Shown here piece by piece: positions 23,977 to 39,596 of a stretch of 64,000 nucleotides of DNA. Each line of letters starts with the position of its first letter. Within the stretch, counting starts at the first letter, position 1. Position numbers and translations under genes: made by a program. Where the stretch lies: assembly GCA_000165425.1 (NCBI GenBank), contig CT868048.1:62001-126000 (forward strand), given 5' to 3'. Origin of the DNA: Paramecium tetraurelia (Eukaryota). The notes beneath the pieces are model-generated. The model made no database searches. It had not been told where the DNA came from and saw nothing but the letters and a program-made list of their open reading frames with translations.

Positions 23977-25521
23977 TATTTATTTATTATTATACATTTG
24001 TAAGATCTAAGATTTGCTTAAATTTCAAAAAAAATTAACTCACAAATCATATTCTTTTAATCGAAAAAATCAATGGATTTTGAAGTGCAATAAAAACTAT
24101 ATATATAATTAATTTGATAAAATCATAATACATTTATGCAAGATTCCTAATGTAGTTTCTGATGGGGATGATGAAATATAATTGATTTCTTTATTGAGTT
24201 CCTTCATTTAAGTTACACCCACAATTTAAACAAAATTTTTTATATTTAATAAAAACTCTACATAAGTTATTCTTAAAGAAATTTATAAATTTGAAAGTTA
24301 AATAATTCTACTCATACTTTCCTGATACTTTGAATTATTAATAACTTCTAGTGAGAATAATATATTATTATATATTAATAAATATATAAATTACAAAAAT
24401 AATATATTCTTTAATATTAATACATTAATTATCTATTGGTGAAATTAAATAAAAATTTACATAGTTTGCAATTTCCAAATTCTCTTTCACTTAAAGTAGT
24501 ATTCTTTAAATTTACTATTAAACATATATCAATAATAACAAATATTATTTCATCAAATGAAATTATCAAGTATTCCATGAAACGAAAAAAGAAGGAATAT
24601 TAAAGTTAGCAAAATTTCACTACTTTTTAGTCAAAATTAAATGTAACAACTAATGAATTATATAAAGATCTAAAATTTCAACAAATCAATGATTATTTAA
24701 CTGTTGTATATTAACATAATACTTAACCTATTTTTAAATTAGAAGAATAAATGAATTTTTAAAAAAATACTTGACACACAACTAATTCAAAGTAAGAATG
24801 ATTGAATGATTGCCTTTTCTTAACATTTTCATTATCTTTCTAATTTTTTAGACTTAAAAAAAGTATTCAACACTTCCATTAAAAAATTATCTTGTCTGGG
24901 ATTATATTTGATATTTACAACCTCATAATTCCTCTAAATTCTCATAGTTTCCTCTTAAAATTTGCATTTATTTGATTATCTATCAGTCTACTAATTATCA
25001 AATAAAAATTATTATAAATATTAAAAGAATTCAAAGAGAAGAATTTAATAAGTAAGAATTCTGAAAGATTATTGAAAATATGAAATTATTTAGTAAATAA
25101 TGAGAAAAGGAAAATTTAAGAAAATTAAGAAGAAATGAAGAGTTAACCATTCCATATTAATTACAAAATTAATTTGAGTTATTGCACTACAATCATTAAA
25201 ATTTCTTTTGGAATTGGGACACAAATTCATTTTCTAGATTTAAATAGCCTAAAAAATATACAAGTATTATTTATTGAGATCCTAGAACTTAATTTGAGAT
25301 AGGTAAAGCAGGATGAAGTTTAAGAACTAAGGATGTTGGTTCTGATGATTTAAATTCTGAGAGAACTTCTTCTTATGGATCAGATAGGAGTTCCTAGGGG
25401 AGATTCGAAAGAGAGCATTAATTGAGAAAGACCTGCTGTATTCAATTAATTAAGAATATATTACTACTTATTATTGAGTCTAGTTTATTTTTTAGAATAA
25501 TAATAATTTAATTCAATATAT

Positions 25522-28500
25522 ATGGGAGATATTTAAGGTGAGAGTGGGCAAAACCTAATTTAATCTGAATCGATAGGGTTCTTTGAGAAAGTGAAACAAA
25601 TTATTTTTCAAGTTCTTTTTGTTTTAAGGAAGGACGAAGAATCGGAAGAGTCTTAATTATCATTTTATATATAAACTGGGTTGGATTACTTTTAGATGCA
25701 TACTTTTCCATTCAACAATAATGTTTACTATTTATGGAAGGCAGACAATGTGATTGGATTTGTCTTAAATTTCGTTAATCTCTTTTAATTAAGTACTTAC
25801 ATACCTAATATCTCTTACTTCGCTCTTCTATCATCTGTATACATTTTGCTTGTAATTATATTGCTTATCATATTGGATATCATTTATGTAAGTTATTCAT
25901 TTTCAAAAAATTAATTTGCTGCCACATGGCCTTTGGTCGTATTGAGATCAGTCACATCACTTGTGGTTACTGTGTTGTTTTTGCCGATTACCGAAACTTT
26001 ATTTTCCATATTATAATGTTAAACCGATCAAACTACTGGGGAATATATAATATCTGGTTATAGTGAGATTTATGTGGTTTGTTGGTAAGGATGGCACACA
26101 TTTCACGCATTGTTAACATTGCTGTTTATGTTCATGTTTGTAGCAATTTGTGCTATAGTGGCCTATGCATTTTTTGAGCCAGGAATGATGAGTGATGATA
26201 GAACAGCAAGACAGGATAGTAAAGGGGAAGTGACATTCATTATTAACAAGGTGACATGTTAAGTGTTGTATTGTTTTTTGGGAGAGAATCAATCATGGAT
26301 CTTGGTGTTGGCAACATTTCTTATGGCTGTATGGTTATTTTGGGAATATAATTTCGATGATCCTTACTATGACTTTGAAGTGGGAAGATTCTATTCAATA
26401 ATTTCTAGTTATTATTTATGGGCTAACATTTTGTTGTTGATATGCAAGATATTTGAGAATCAGGATTTCAATGGAGGATTTATTGCTTGGATAATAGGAT
26501 TGCCATTCATAGTTTCAATTATGTTGATGACAAAAAAGTCTAAGATTGACACGTTGATTAAGGTATAGAAGAAGATCAGAAGTGGCAAGGAGATCTGGGC
26601 TCATATTCGGTATGTTTTGTAGCTTATTCAATAACAAGAAAAGGACAGGAATTCTTATATGCTTTTGATTGGGTACATAGAGAAGCACAAAGAAACTTGT
26701 AAATATAATGATTGCTATTTTAAATTCAGTAGAAGAAGGAATACTGAATTGGATATGAATGATATGATCAGAGGATTAATTTAGGAACTTGAAAAGATGT
26801 TCAAGGATGGCATTAAGAAATTTCCTAAAAGTGCTGAACTCAAGATCTTTTATGCTTTATTTATTATGGAGAGAAAGAAAAATAAGGAAGGAGCGTATAA
26901 ATAATTTGAACTTATTGATGATAAATGTAAGCCTGCATTGTATCAATAATTCATAAAATACAGATATATGTAAGATATTTTGATTTATTAATTTACAGGA
27001 AAAGTATCAAGGAGAATAAGAAGGAAAACAAAGATGACGATATTGTGGAGGCTATCAAATATAACAATCATTAAACAATGTGTGAAAAGAGTATGCAGCA
27101 ATCAGCAAAATTGCAAAAGGACTTTTGGGGAGAATTAAAGGAGGATCAACCTGATTTAGGTAAGTTGATGAAGTTGGGTGCTGATATTACCTATGTTACT
27201 AAAACAGCTAGACAGAATTATGAGGAAATGCAAAAGATATCCTAAAATGTATATTAGAGTGTTAAAATATACAGCAATTTTATTTTGTATGTGTTAAATG
27301 ATTAGAAATTGGGAGGAGAATTAAGGAAGATAGCCTAGAATATCAAAGAAGAATTTTAAAAAGAATATGGGGGAAGAAATGAATTTTTGAATATTGATAA
27401 TTAACCTATTCCATTTATTTAAGTGAGTGCCAAAAAGGCAGAAGTAGGTAAGATAGTAAATGTTAACACCTTATTTACAACATTTTTTGGGTATTAAAAA
27501 GAAGAATTGATAAATAAATCAATTAATGTTTTGATGCCTAAATTATATGCAGAAAAACATGACAATTATCTAATTGAATTTTTTGATAATATTGTATTGA
27601 ATCTAAAATTGGAAGGAGAAATTGATAGTTAATATTTGGACACTGATTAAACCCAAATATTTAAACATAAAAATGGATATATAGTTCCATTTATATATCA
27701 TGTTACTCTTAATCTGGAGACCATGAAATATTTGACAACATTTAAAAGTGAAAATACCATCAAAAGTTAAGTCATTTTTATAGTGGATAACACATCTAAA
27801 ATAATGGAAATGTCATCTGGAGCAATAATCTTTTTTGATTTGGAATTAAAGTAGATAGAAAAAGATGTTTATCTCAACAATTTTATCCCCAATGTTCTAT
27901 TATAAAATGAGAAACATATCTAATATAATCATCAAAGCAAAGATGGAGTTGAATGTAATTTAAATATAATACTTTAGAGACATACTTTTTTTCATGCCTG
28001 ATTAAAGAGATTAAGCTGCCATAGAGGATGGATGAAAGTACTCATGGTAAATCGAACTAAAAAGACGAAACTAATAATATAAAAACTGGGAAATGGTTGG
28101 TTAGATTAGAGAAGTTAGAAAAGAATGAAGTCAATCTAGGTGGTCAATAGAAGAAAAATAAGAATTTTGCAGTTAGTACTCGATAACTTATAACAACAAC
28201 AAATACCAATAGCAATCCAACTTCATAACAATATCTCTAAACTAAGATCTAGGTTAATCAATCAATTGATGGACAGATACCTAAATTTGACACTAATTTA
28301 GAGTTTGATCAATAATATGCAGTTTTTTTATCGGAACTGTATTCAGAACCTAGATATGACGACTATAAGATGCTGTTAAATTAATAAGTGGAAAGTGAAG
28401 TAAATCCAGTTGTTGACTATTCTAGTGACATAGTCATAAGAAGATTAATACGCAATCAAATATTAAATATAGACGAGGAAAAGGAGTAGGAGTTCTTACT

Positions 28501-30408
28501 ATAGTTGGAAGAGGAGGAAGAAGAAAACTCGATATTCAGATTCAATTAAAATTAATTTGAAGATGAAGATGATTATAAGATATTCGCTCATAGAAACTCT
28601 TAAGATCTTATTAGGAGAGTTTTAAATTAAGATCACAAGCATATGAAAATTACAGAGTTCAAAGTGTATTCAAATCTTTGGATATTCTTCATCTTCTTCA
28701 TAACAATTCTTCAATATTTATTCTGTCAATCGTACTTCGTCTCTTACAAAGAGAGTATTAAGTCAATCTATTTAGTGAATAATGAAATTATATTCCAAAA
28801 TTAAGTAATCTCAAGAGTTTTAGATCTATGTTTACCTTAACAATTTAATATAACTCAGTTGTATCTAGAGCTTTAGTATGCTGCCAATAATGCAACTGCT
28901 TTCAATCAATACGTAAATTCTGCATTATTAGATTACTATTTTGACGATCACTATATTAATTTAAGATTTTTTGATGATGATTAATACAGTGAGATTAATA
29001 TAAAATTGGAAAGTGCATTGTTGCTAATTGAAACCTTGGCATTAAATACTACACTTTTGAATAATCAAACATTCAATTACAAAAGCAATATAATCTAAAA
29101 TATAGTTTATAATCATTTCAATGTTGTTCATCAATAGATTATTAATATTGCCTATGAGTTGTACTCAAATGTTGAAAGCTAAATGAATTAATATGATGTG
29201 AATCTATTAATTACTTTGGGAATATTGATCTTAGTCACCACCCTAGCAATGACAAAATTCATTACTTTGATGTTGAGTATCAAAATGGACAGAGAGAACA
29301 TCTTGTTCTTATTTTTAGATATCCCCTAAAAGCATATAACCATACTCTATAAGAAGGTTGAATATTTTATTAAAAATTATATTGGCATAGAGGAATTAAA
29401 AAGAAAAAATGAATTAGAAGGTTATGATTCAAGTGAAGAAGAGTAGATGTAGGAGGATTAGATTAAGATTTAAAAGAACCCAGAAGAGGAGGAGAATTTC
29501 ATTTAATTACAATTGAAACGAAAGAAAATTATTGAGAAATACAGAAAAAATAAGTTTAAAGGCAATCAAGCAATTATCATTCAATTTATATTCATTGCTT
29601 TGTGTACATTGATATTTGCTGTTTACAACATCATTAGTTCGGCTAGTGAAAGAAATCAAATTAGATATTTGCTTCCTTAATACTTTTCAGGTTCAATGGA
29701 TATTTCTGAATATGGAAATTATCTCAATATTTTTAAATTAGCAATTTTAGACAATTAATTTAATCTCATTAATTAAACCTCTTATGAGTCAGCTTTCGCA
29801 TAAATTGAAACCTTTACTGGCAATCAATTAAGTTCTTTAAGCTTTGCATCCGCTCTGTTGAATCAATTACCAACATTAAGAAACATGTACTTTGGAATTT
29901 ACTATGGAGATATTTGTAATGAATTAGGCTTAACCAAAAGTGATATTTGCTATTCAATTATTGAAGGGAATCTTGAATTAGGGATTTACAATGTCGAACA
30001 ATATTATTTATAATACTTTAGAAATCAGTTATCCATTAACTAAAAAGGATAGATTGTTTATGATCCATATATATATTAGATAGATTAGTCAATGTATAAT
30101 TATGTAAGGACAGCTGTGGATTAAGTGTAGAGCTATTAATTATCAATGATGACAAATTAGATGGATGAAACTTTAAATATTCAACTTATACTTGTAATCA
30201 TTTTCATATTGGTATTACTATTAATTTTTATAATCTATTGGTTACCCTTTCTAACTAGTATTAATTCATAAGTAAAATTATTGAAATATAATAGATCAAT
30301 CAAAATATACAGATGTTAAATATGATACCAATAGATGTTATCAAGGATAATAAGACAATTAGAAGATTCTTGAAAAATATAATTAAAGATATGAATATTT
30401 AAGATTGA
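25522..30408 (+). CDS. Large multi-pass membrane PAS-domain protein (TmcB/TmcC-like)
   Basis: N-terminal TM block with conserved VLFLPI and CWQGWH, TPR-like region, PAS GKIVNVNTLFTTFFGYQKEELINKSINVLMPKLYAEKHD, paired C-terminal TM helices ending QMLNMIP. Confidence 0.85.
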
Positions 30409-31019
30409 TAATATTATAATTATATATATATGATTATGTAAATTAAGAAATTTTAATAAATTTTTGCCTAATGCCTATAATGAGATAGTTTGGAGTTAAT
30501 ATTATTTTTTAAAGAAGCATTATTGATTATTCAACGAAATTTCTAAAATCTATCCAAATGTATTTCTTAAATGGATAAAATGACTTTTTATCAAACCACA
30601 TTATTATTAATCGAAATTTTAAAATAATTTGGTATAGTATTTCGACTTCAAACTTGTTCAAAGACAATTAAAGGTTGAGAACAAATTAAAGATTGAAGGT
30701 TAAAAATCAAAATGATGGCAAAGAAATAATAAATTAGAATTTAAAGTTAAGGTTAATAAATAATCAAAAAGAGATTTTGATAAATTGGAAATTTAATATA
30801 CATAATGTCAGAATCAATCGTTTTGGAAAGAGGTCTTAAGAATATACGTTACCTAGATATTTTAAATTGTATTTAGCCAATACTATTTATATTATTTTAT
30901 TAATTCCCTTGATTCATATCCCATCCTAATATTTATTCAGGTGGAAACTATTCTTCAATAAATCTTCATATATAAAAATATTTTGATGATGTAATCACTT
31001 AAATAAATAAAAAAACAAT

Positions 31020-34000
31020 ATGTTCATAACTTTTATATTTCTTTTGCTTAGTACAGTCGCATATGCTTAGTGGCAGCTTGTAAGTGAGGATCTGCTTGGC
31101 TTCTCCGTTTCTGGAGCTAATTGGAATTATAGAGGTTCCTGTGATTGGATCAGTGGGTCTATGGGTGGAGGTGGATCTGTTGGGAGTTGTGCAGATAATG
31201 ACATCGAATACATTTACGTAGGGAATTACAATGATAGAGCCTACTACTCAGTTTTAAATTTGCCTCCGCATTATTAAGTCAAAGTCATAGTGGATGGCTA
31301 TTTTTTAGATTCTTCTAGTAGTAGTTTCTATACTGTTGCTTATGATGTCTAAGGATCATCAACATCTACTTATACATTTCAATATAAGGATAATACTTTA
31401 GGAACATTTCAATAAGTATGCAAATCATCAAATTGGAATAATTTTGAGATATAAACATACTATCTGACTTTCTAGCATAATGATAACACAGAAATTAGAT
31501 TTAGAATTTGTGGAACAAATTTTGGTAGTAAAAATTATGGTTCAAGAGGATTATAGATTTATGTTAATAAATGTCATTGGTCATGCTTAAAATGCAGTTC
31601 TAGCAATGCTGCTAATAATTGCTTGGCCTGCTTTACAAGTCCTTCTACTACCTTAGGTTCCCCTTCGACCTGTAGTAGTTGTCCTGCCAATGCAGCCTTT
31701 ATTGAATACCTAGATGATACAAAAAGCTGTGTAGTTGAATGCCATTACTATCGAGTTCCAGATTCGAATAAGGTGTGCTAATTTAATGAGAGTACTGATC
31801 TTAATTATAATTAGATATGTTACCCTATACAACCTACTTCGATACTACAACATTCAGTTCCACATCTCCATGGGTGTTTATTCCAGATCCAATCATCTTC
31901 AATTTGGTTTATTCCCAAAAGATTAGCACTATTTCTTGTTAAACGAGCAAGAACTTTGTTGGTCCTTTCTTCTATAATGAAGGATTTAGTGTGACCCTCT
32001 CAGTTCCTTAGAATATATCTTACGTTCGATTTAGAGCAACAATTATAAAACTAAACAGTTGGATCGATTATTCAGCAGTTCATGTTTTTTATGATAACAT
32101 AGAGTTTGCATCGGTATACACTTTAAGTCAAGTACTCACTGGTCGAAATGCTGATCAGCTTTACTCTGATTCTAATTGTACAACTCCAACAGTTGGCTAT
32201 TATAGATTAGAAGCTAAATTAAAATCAAACATAACAAATCCAGTATTGCGTTTATAAGGATCGATGGAGTATTTATACTTACATTATTAATAGTTTAGCT
32301 GGCTCCCAATCATGGGGCTTCCGAGATGTTGTCATGGATGTCATGAAATGCTAATCATCGTGCAGTTGGTGTGATTTTGATCTGAAATGTTACGCTTGTT
32401 CATCAGGGTTTCTTTATAAAAATAGATGTGTACCTAGTTGTCCAACACATTCAGTATAAACTACAGGTGTTTGTACTGATTTCAATGAGGCAATCGATAG
32501 TATTAATTCTATTAAGATTTAGATTCCAGATATATAATAAAAGCATTCTATGATTCTTCAAATACTACTGAAACTGATGTACCCACTATTGTAGGAACAA
32601 TGACAACTGGAACAGCAGATTTTTAAACTTCAGATCATTTTCTAAGCACAACTGGTGATGTGTATTTTAGTTATTACTTGGGGAAAAGAGTATTAGGAGG
32701 TCCTATTGTTTGGTACAAAGCTACATTTACTAGAACTTTCACTTTAAATCCACATTATAAATTTAGATTGAAATTTACATTAGTTTTGGGAGATAATTTT
32801 GCAGGAAATTTTCAATATACTGTAGGAGGATTTTCATAGACTATAGTATATAGTGACTGTGCAAATACGGCTAATAATGTTGGTAAGACTCAATAAGATA
32901 AGTTCATCACTATTGATAGAACAGAAGTACACACAGCAAGCAGTTTTTCAGTTATGCTTAAATGCGGTTCAACAGCAGCATAAGTTAAGGATAACTTTTG
33001 CATTGTTTATGATTATTTTATTATCGTCTTAGAAGTAAAAAATAAATAATAAATAGTGCACTGAATATTGTACTGCTTGTACTGGTCCAACATGGGCATA
33101 ATGCACAGGAAAATAAACATTGCCAACAGGTATGGCATCACCATCTACCTGTGTTGATAATACCTATTATTTTGATAACACAGTATCACCTGCTGTGTGC
33201 AAAACTTGCACACCTTCTTACTGTTTATAATGCTAAAATTCTTATATTTGTACCAAGTGTGCTACTAACTTTTATTTGTAAAATGGAAATTGCTAATGCT
33301 ATCCTTGGACCTATTTAACTGGTTCCAATACTTGTGCGAGTTGTCATGCTTTATGTGATTCATGTTATGGTCCAAATAGTAATTAGTGTTTGTCTTGTAA
33401 AGGGTCTTAACATAGATATTTGAGTAACAATGTTTGTGTTTGTTAAAGTAATTACTATGACGATGGTGCAAATTATATTTGTCAATCAGTTTGTGGGGAT
33501 ATGGTAGTCACTGATGGAGAAGACTGTGATGATGGTAATACAACCAGATTTGATGGCTGCAATAATTGCAAATTTGAGTGTTAAAAAGAATGTTAAACTT
33601 GTGTTAATGGATAATGCTCAGTTTGTATTTCTGGTTATACACTTTAAAAGACAATGAAAAGATGCTTTCCTACATGTGGAAATACTTCGATTGTTAGTCA
33701 AGAGTAATGTGAAGATAATAATCTGACTCCTTATGATGGATGTTATAATTGTTAATTTTAATGCTAACTTCAATGTACAAATTGCATCTATGGAAAATGC
33801 TATGATTGTGATAATTCTATTGGATATTATATTAATTTAGCTACTTTTAGATGTGTTACTTTTTGTGGGGATTAAATTCTCGCAGGCACAGAACAGTGTG
33901 ATGATGGAAATAATGACCCTTTTGATGGTTGCAGTTATTGTGTATTTTCATGTGATAATTTTTGTGATTTGTGTATCTAAGGTGTTTGTACCAAATGCAA

Positions 34001-37000
34001 ATCGGGATTCTCATTGTTGAGCAAAAGCGGTGAATGCGCCCCAATTTGTGGAGATAAAATTGTTACATATTACGAGGGATGTGATGATGGCAACTTACTT
34101 AATTATGATGGTTGTGATTCATGCAATCTCACTTGCTAAGAATAATGTACATCTTGCTTAATGGGAACCTGTTATGAATGCAACACCCCTGGATATTAAT
34201 TAAATAAAAAATTATAGAGATGCATTCCAAGTTGTGGGGATAATGTTTTTACTTCCATAACTGAGTCTTGTGATGATGGCAATTAAACAATAGAGGATGG
34301 CTGCTTTTAATGTAAATATGAATGTTAGGCTGAATGTCTGACATGTGCAGCAGGAATCTGCTATAGATGCAAGTCCAACTTTTACCTTAGTTCTGACAAT
34401 ATTTGTCTTCCTGTTTGTGGGGATGGAGTTATTTCTAAATATGAATCCTGTGATGATTACAACTTTGTTATTGAGGATGGGTGTTCGAATTGCTCTTATT
34501 AATGTGAATAACCTTGTGCTTAATGCTCTTTTGGTGTATGTGTATCATGTCAAACTGGATATTATTTGAATCAATCGAAATAGAAATGCTTTCCTATTTG
34601 TGGCGATTAAATGATCTATGGAGATGAATAATGCGATATCGGCATCATACAATTCGATGAAACAATTAAAAATAACACAGGGTGTATTAGTTGTAAACTC
34701 TAATGTTCACCTTAATGCGAAATTTGCACCTAAGGCTTATGTTTGAAATGTAGAGAATCTTTGGGATGGTATTTAGATTCCGAAACATCAATTTGTTACA
34801 GCAAATGTGGAGATTCAATTATAAATGATTATGAGTAATGTGAGGATTCTAATTCTCAGCTCAATGATGGATGCAGTCAATGTCTTTTCAATTGTTAACA
34901 AGAATGCTCAGTATGTATTTTTGGAATATGTTATCAATGCATATCTGGTTATAAATTAATTAACTCAAAATGCTAGTCAGTATGTGGCGATGGGATAATA
35001 GCTGGCAATGAAGAATGCGAAATAGGATTGATAGATTTTAATGGATATGAATGCGTAAATTGTAGATACAAATGTTCAGAAGGTTGTAATAATTGTGTCT
35101 AGGGTAAATGTGTAGAATGTAAAAATAGTTATGGATGGTATTTAAATTAAAATAATTAATGTGAATCAAAATGTGGTGACTTAATTATCAGTAATGTTGA
35201 GAGCTGCGATGATAACTCAGAATCTTGCGAAAGTTGTAATTTTGTCTGCGATGATAACTGCAATTCATGTAACTTTGGAATCTGTTAAAGTTGTATAACA
35301 GGATACTAACTACTGTTAAACTAATGTGTTAACATTTGTGGTGATTAAATATAAACTTAAAATGAGGATTGTGAAAACGACGATATCCTCCCATTTGATG
35401 GATGTTCTTTCTGTTAATTCTAATGTCAAAGTTAATGCTTAAAATGTATAAATGGGGAATGCATTACATGTGATGAAAGTATTGGATGGTATCTATAAAA
35501 TAAAAGATGCGAGACTAAATGTGGTGATGGTATTATAGCTGAATTGGAAGAATGTGATGTTAATTTAAACATTGACAACGGAGATATATCATCTAATCAA
35601 TGTTTTAATTGTCGATTAGCTTGTGTTTAAAATTGTGTAGATTGTGATAGGGGAATTTGTAAATAATGCAAAAATGGTTACTATTTAAATGATTTAAATG
35701 AATGTGAAAATATATGTGGTAATTAAACTCCTGAGGATTTTGAAGTATGCGACGATGATAACCTTGATGGTTTTGATGGTTGTTTCTAATGCTAATATGA
35801 CTGTTAACCTGAATGTTAAGTTTGTCTTTATGGATAGTGCATGTAATGTTAAGACGGATTCCTATTTGATAAAGATTCTGCTCTGTGTAAATCTACTTGT
35901 GGAGATATGAAACTCACATAATATGAAGAATGTGATGATGGTAATGATGTACCTAATGATGGATGTCATAATTGTATGTATTCCTGTACTGAAAATTGCA
36001 ATACTTGCGTCAAAGGAATTTGTTACGATTGTATATCAGGATTTGTGCTTGAGTTTCCAAAATGTGTTCCTGATTGTGGAGATACAAGTCTTACCGATAA
36101 TTTGGATTACTGTTATTAAAAAGAATGTTAAAGAGAATGCATAATTTGTATAAAAGGATCTTGTTATTAATGTTAAAATGGATGGTATTGGAATGAAGTA
36201 GAGTATACTTGTGAAAGCATGTGCGGAGACAAAATAATAGTTGGGGATGAATAATGTGATGTGCCTGTAAGTTATGCAAGAGGTGATTTCTATTGTAATA
36301 ACGAATGTTAATTTGCATGTCCTGATAATTGTATTACTTGTTCATTTGGTATTTGCCATCAATGTTAAAGTGGCTATTACTTAATAGAGAATAAATGTGA
36401 TAGTTATTGTGGTGATATGGTAACGACAGTATAGGAAGGATGTGATGATGATAACAATGTACCATTTGATGGATGTTTTTAATGTCGATATGATTGTGAA
36501 GAGTAATGTACTTTGTGCATTAAAGGAAAATGCGAGATTTGTCAAAGTGGTTATGACTTAATTAATGATCGTTGTGTTTCTGTATGTGGAGATGGTATAG
36601 TTACTGTTGATGAAGATTGCGATGATCAAAATTCTATTAAGTATGATGGTTGCAATGAATGTAAATTTGAGTGTGATTAAAATTGTTAATTTTGTGAATT
36701 TGGTAAATGTGTATTTTGTTCAAATGGATTTTAATTAATAAGTTAGATTTGCATCTCGGTTTGTGGAGATGGTTTTATTGTTGGAAATGAGAAATGTGAT
36801 GATGGTAATTTAATTGATGAAGATGGGTGTTTTGAATGTTAATATGCATGCCAATCATAATGTTAAACTTGTTTATATGGATCATGTGTTTTATGCGAAG
36901 AAGAAAAAGGATGGCATCTAACATCATAAGGAGATTGCTAAACTCTATGTGGAGATACAATTGTATCTGGAATTGAATAGTGTGATGATGGAAATGAGTT

Positions 37001-39458
37001 GAATTATGATGGGTGTTATGAGTGCAATTATATTTGCTAACCAGCTTGCACTAAATGCATCACTGGTTAATGTTATGAATGTAATACACCAGGATGGAGA
37101 CTAGATAATTATTATTGTTGGGAAATTTGTGGAGATGCATTAAAAGTTGGAATTGAAGAATGTGACGATGGTAATGATGTTCCTTATGATGGATGTTTTT
37201 AATGTAAAGCATAATGCGAAGAGGCTTGTACAGTTTGCTTTGAAGGATAATGCTAGGAATGTACATTTGGTTGGGCATTAAATGATAAACATAGATGTGA
37301 AACAATATGTGGAGACAAGTATGTAGTACCTAGATATGAGGATTGCGATGATGGCAATCTCTTACCTTATGATGGATGCTTTGATTGTAATTATTAATGT
37401 GTTTAATATTGTACTGATTGCAGAAAAGATGTATGTTATGAATGCAATACACCTGGATGGACTTATGATGATAAAACTCTGGTCTGTATCCCTATTTGTG
37501 GAGATGGAGAAGTCAATGGATATGAATAATGTGATGATGGAAACGCAATTTAAAATGATGGTTGTAGTAATTCTTGTGAATATTAATGTCATCTAGCTTG
37601 TCTTAATTGTGATAAAGGTATATGCTTAAAATGCGATCGCTATTTGGGATATTTTGAATCAAATAAATAGTGTTCATCTAAATGTGGAGATGGACTTTGG
37701 CAATAAAATACAGAATAGTGCGATGATGGAAACCTAGTAAACTAGGACGGTTGTGATAGTGATTGCAAGATTGAAGTTGATTGGTATTGCGAAAGTTAAG
37801 CTTTGCAAATTAGTATTTGTATTTTCAAAAGATAACCAACTATTTAATTGAAGCTTTTGGAGTAAAAGGAAGGCCAATCTAAAATAGAAGTGACCTTCTC
37901 AACTTAAATGATGCTTCAACCTAATTTTGTTTTGGTTGAAAATGAAAATGATCTCACTGATATTTAGTAAGTTCTCTTCTTTATCACTGTTGATGAATTA
38001 ACGTAAGGGGATTTTGAATATAGCATTGAACCTGTAGTTGGTATTTAGAATTTTCCTTAAGATATTAAATACATCGTCAATTTGAATCTCTTAAAGAATG
38101 TTTAAGATGATTAAATCAATGTCTTAGTAATGGTTGATAAAAGATTAATTATTACTGAAGATTATGTCAATTTGGATAAAAATTCAGATTAGATTAGAAT
38201 ACCTGTTCCATTTATTTTTAGTTCCTATTCTTAAAAAGTAGTTGAACTTTTTTCGAATACAAATGAAATTTCTATATACGCAGCTTTGGGTGTCTCTGCT
38301 TTCAGTATATTTTCAACAGGATATTCCAATCTCTTCATGACTCTTGATACAATCTAATATCTCTATTATACCAGATATATCAATCTGGAATTTCCTGATA
38401 ATTTGTAATAAACAATGGACAATCTAAAAAAGTCTTCATTGACCTAAATGGTCAATAATAGACTTGGAGATACAGGATTACCAAAATCAATCACTGCATA
38501 ACCTAATTAAACAGTTTAAGAAATGCCAAATAAATTCAAGTCTGATAATTTATAATATTAGTTTTCTTCAAATATAAAAGCAACAGCAGTCACCTTATCA
38601 TTAGGTCTGAGTGTTTTTTTAACAACTTTAACATTATCCAAATTACTGCATTTGATTCCTCCCCACAAACTTAATGATCTTGGTTCAATCATTGGAGGTG
38701 GAATATTGAAGTTTCGATCAAAATGTACCAAGATGTCTAATGACTTCGTTTATTCAGGAGCTATTAGATTAGTTACAATTAATTTCTATGAAATGCAATT
38801 TGCGTCATTACTATAATTAACACATGTTGATTTCACCTCTAGTAGTGATATTGCTAATTCAAGTGGAGCCATAGCTACACTAGCCTTCACCTTTGTATTT
38901 ACCAGCTTACTCACTCACAGAATAAGATAAATCTAAACTAAGTAATCTCTCACAATGAAACATTATATAAAGACTCTTTTGCAACAGGATGACAAAAATC
39001 TGTAGAAATCAACATGGCAAATGTAGTATAATACAATACTGCTTGCCAAAAAGTCGTTATTTATGTTTGCGATCGTTTGTTTCTAAAACTAAGGCTTATA
39101 TTAAACAATTGTAGTTGCTACGTAAGCAGCAGGGTTTGCTACTTATTTGGCTGTATCTTCACCATTTTCAAATAATGAAGATTAAATTAAATAAATGATT
39201 ACAGAACTGGGAATGCTTGCAAATTCTCTAAGTTTTTCTACTTACTATACATACGAATACTTTTCGATATCAAAAGAAAGCTTAAATTAATTAGGATGGT
39301 TCAATATAGGCATTTTTACTACCATTTTGACTTCAAATTTGACAATTGATGCTGCAGCCTAAATTAGGGTAATGTACAAGAAAGCAAAGAAAGTCTTTGA
39401 TAGGTTTTTAGAATCTTAAATGCCCTCTTAATCCAGAGTTTAACCAATTTTTGTTTGA
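31020..39458 (+). CDS. Giant Cys-rich surface/membrane protein: signal peptide, furin/EGF-like and Myxococcus-type (DUF4215-like) Cys-rich repeats, multi-TM C-terminus
   Basis: MFITFIFLLLSTVAYA signal; repeated CGD..E.CDDGN....DGC..C...C; same frame phase from ~33057 to the stop; hydrophobic helices from ~38270 to 39370. Confidence 0.88.
33480..37790 (+). repeat. About 24 tandem coding repeats of ~165-210 nt (CGD...CDDGN...DGC units)
   Basis: tgtggagat/tgtggtgat-type anchors recur about every 180 nt; units are well diverged at nucleotide level. Confidence 0.85.
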
Positions 39459-39596
39459 TAATAACTCTTATAAATATCAAATATTTTAATTTATTAACTT
39501 TTAGTGTGCCCTTTATTTTTTGGTTAAATTACTTCTAAAAACTTTCAACATTTTTAGGTTTTCTTTTTAATAAAAAAATTTATAAATATTCACAGC

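Noticed and set aside
33265..37596. Many short ORFs in the supplied track over the Cys-rich gene, including His/Asn-rich antisense ones
   Set aside because: Off-frame or antisense shadows of the single long Cys-rich CDS
33480..37790. Regularly spaced repeats as a CRISPR-like array or satellite
   Set aside because: Repeats are degenerate, in frame and protein-coding
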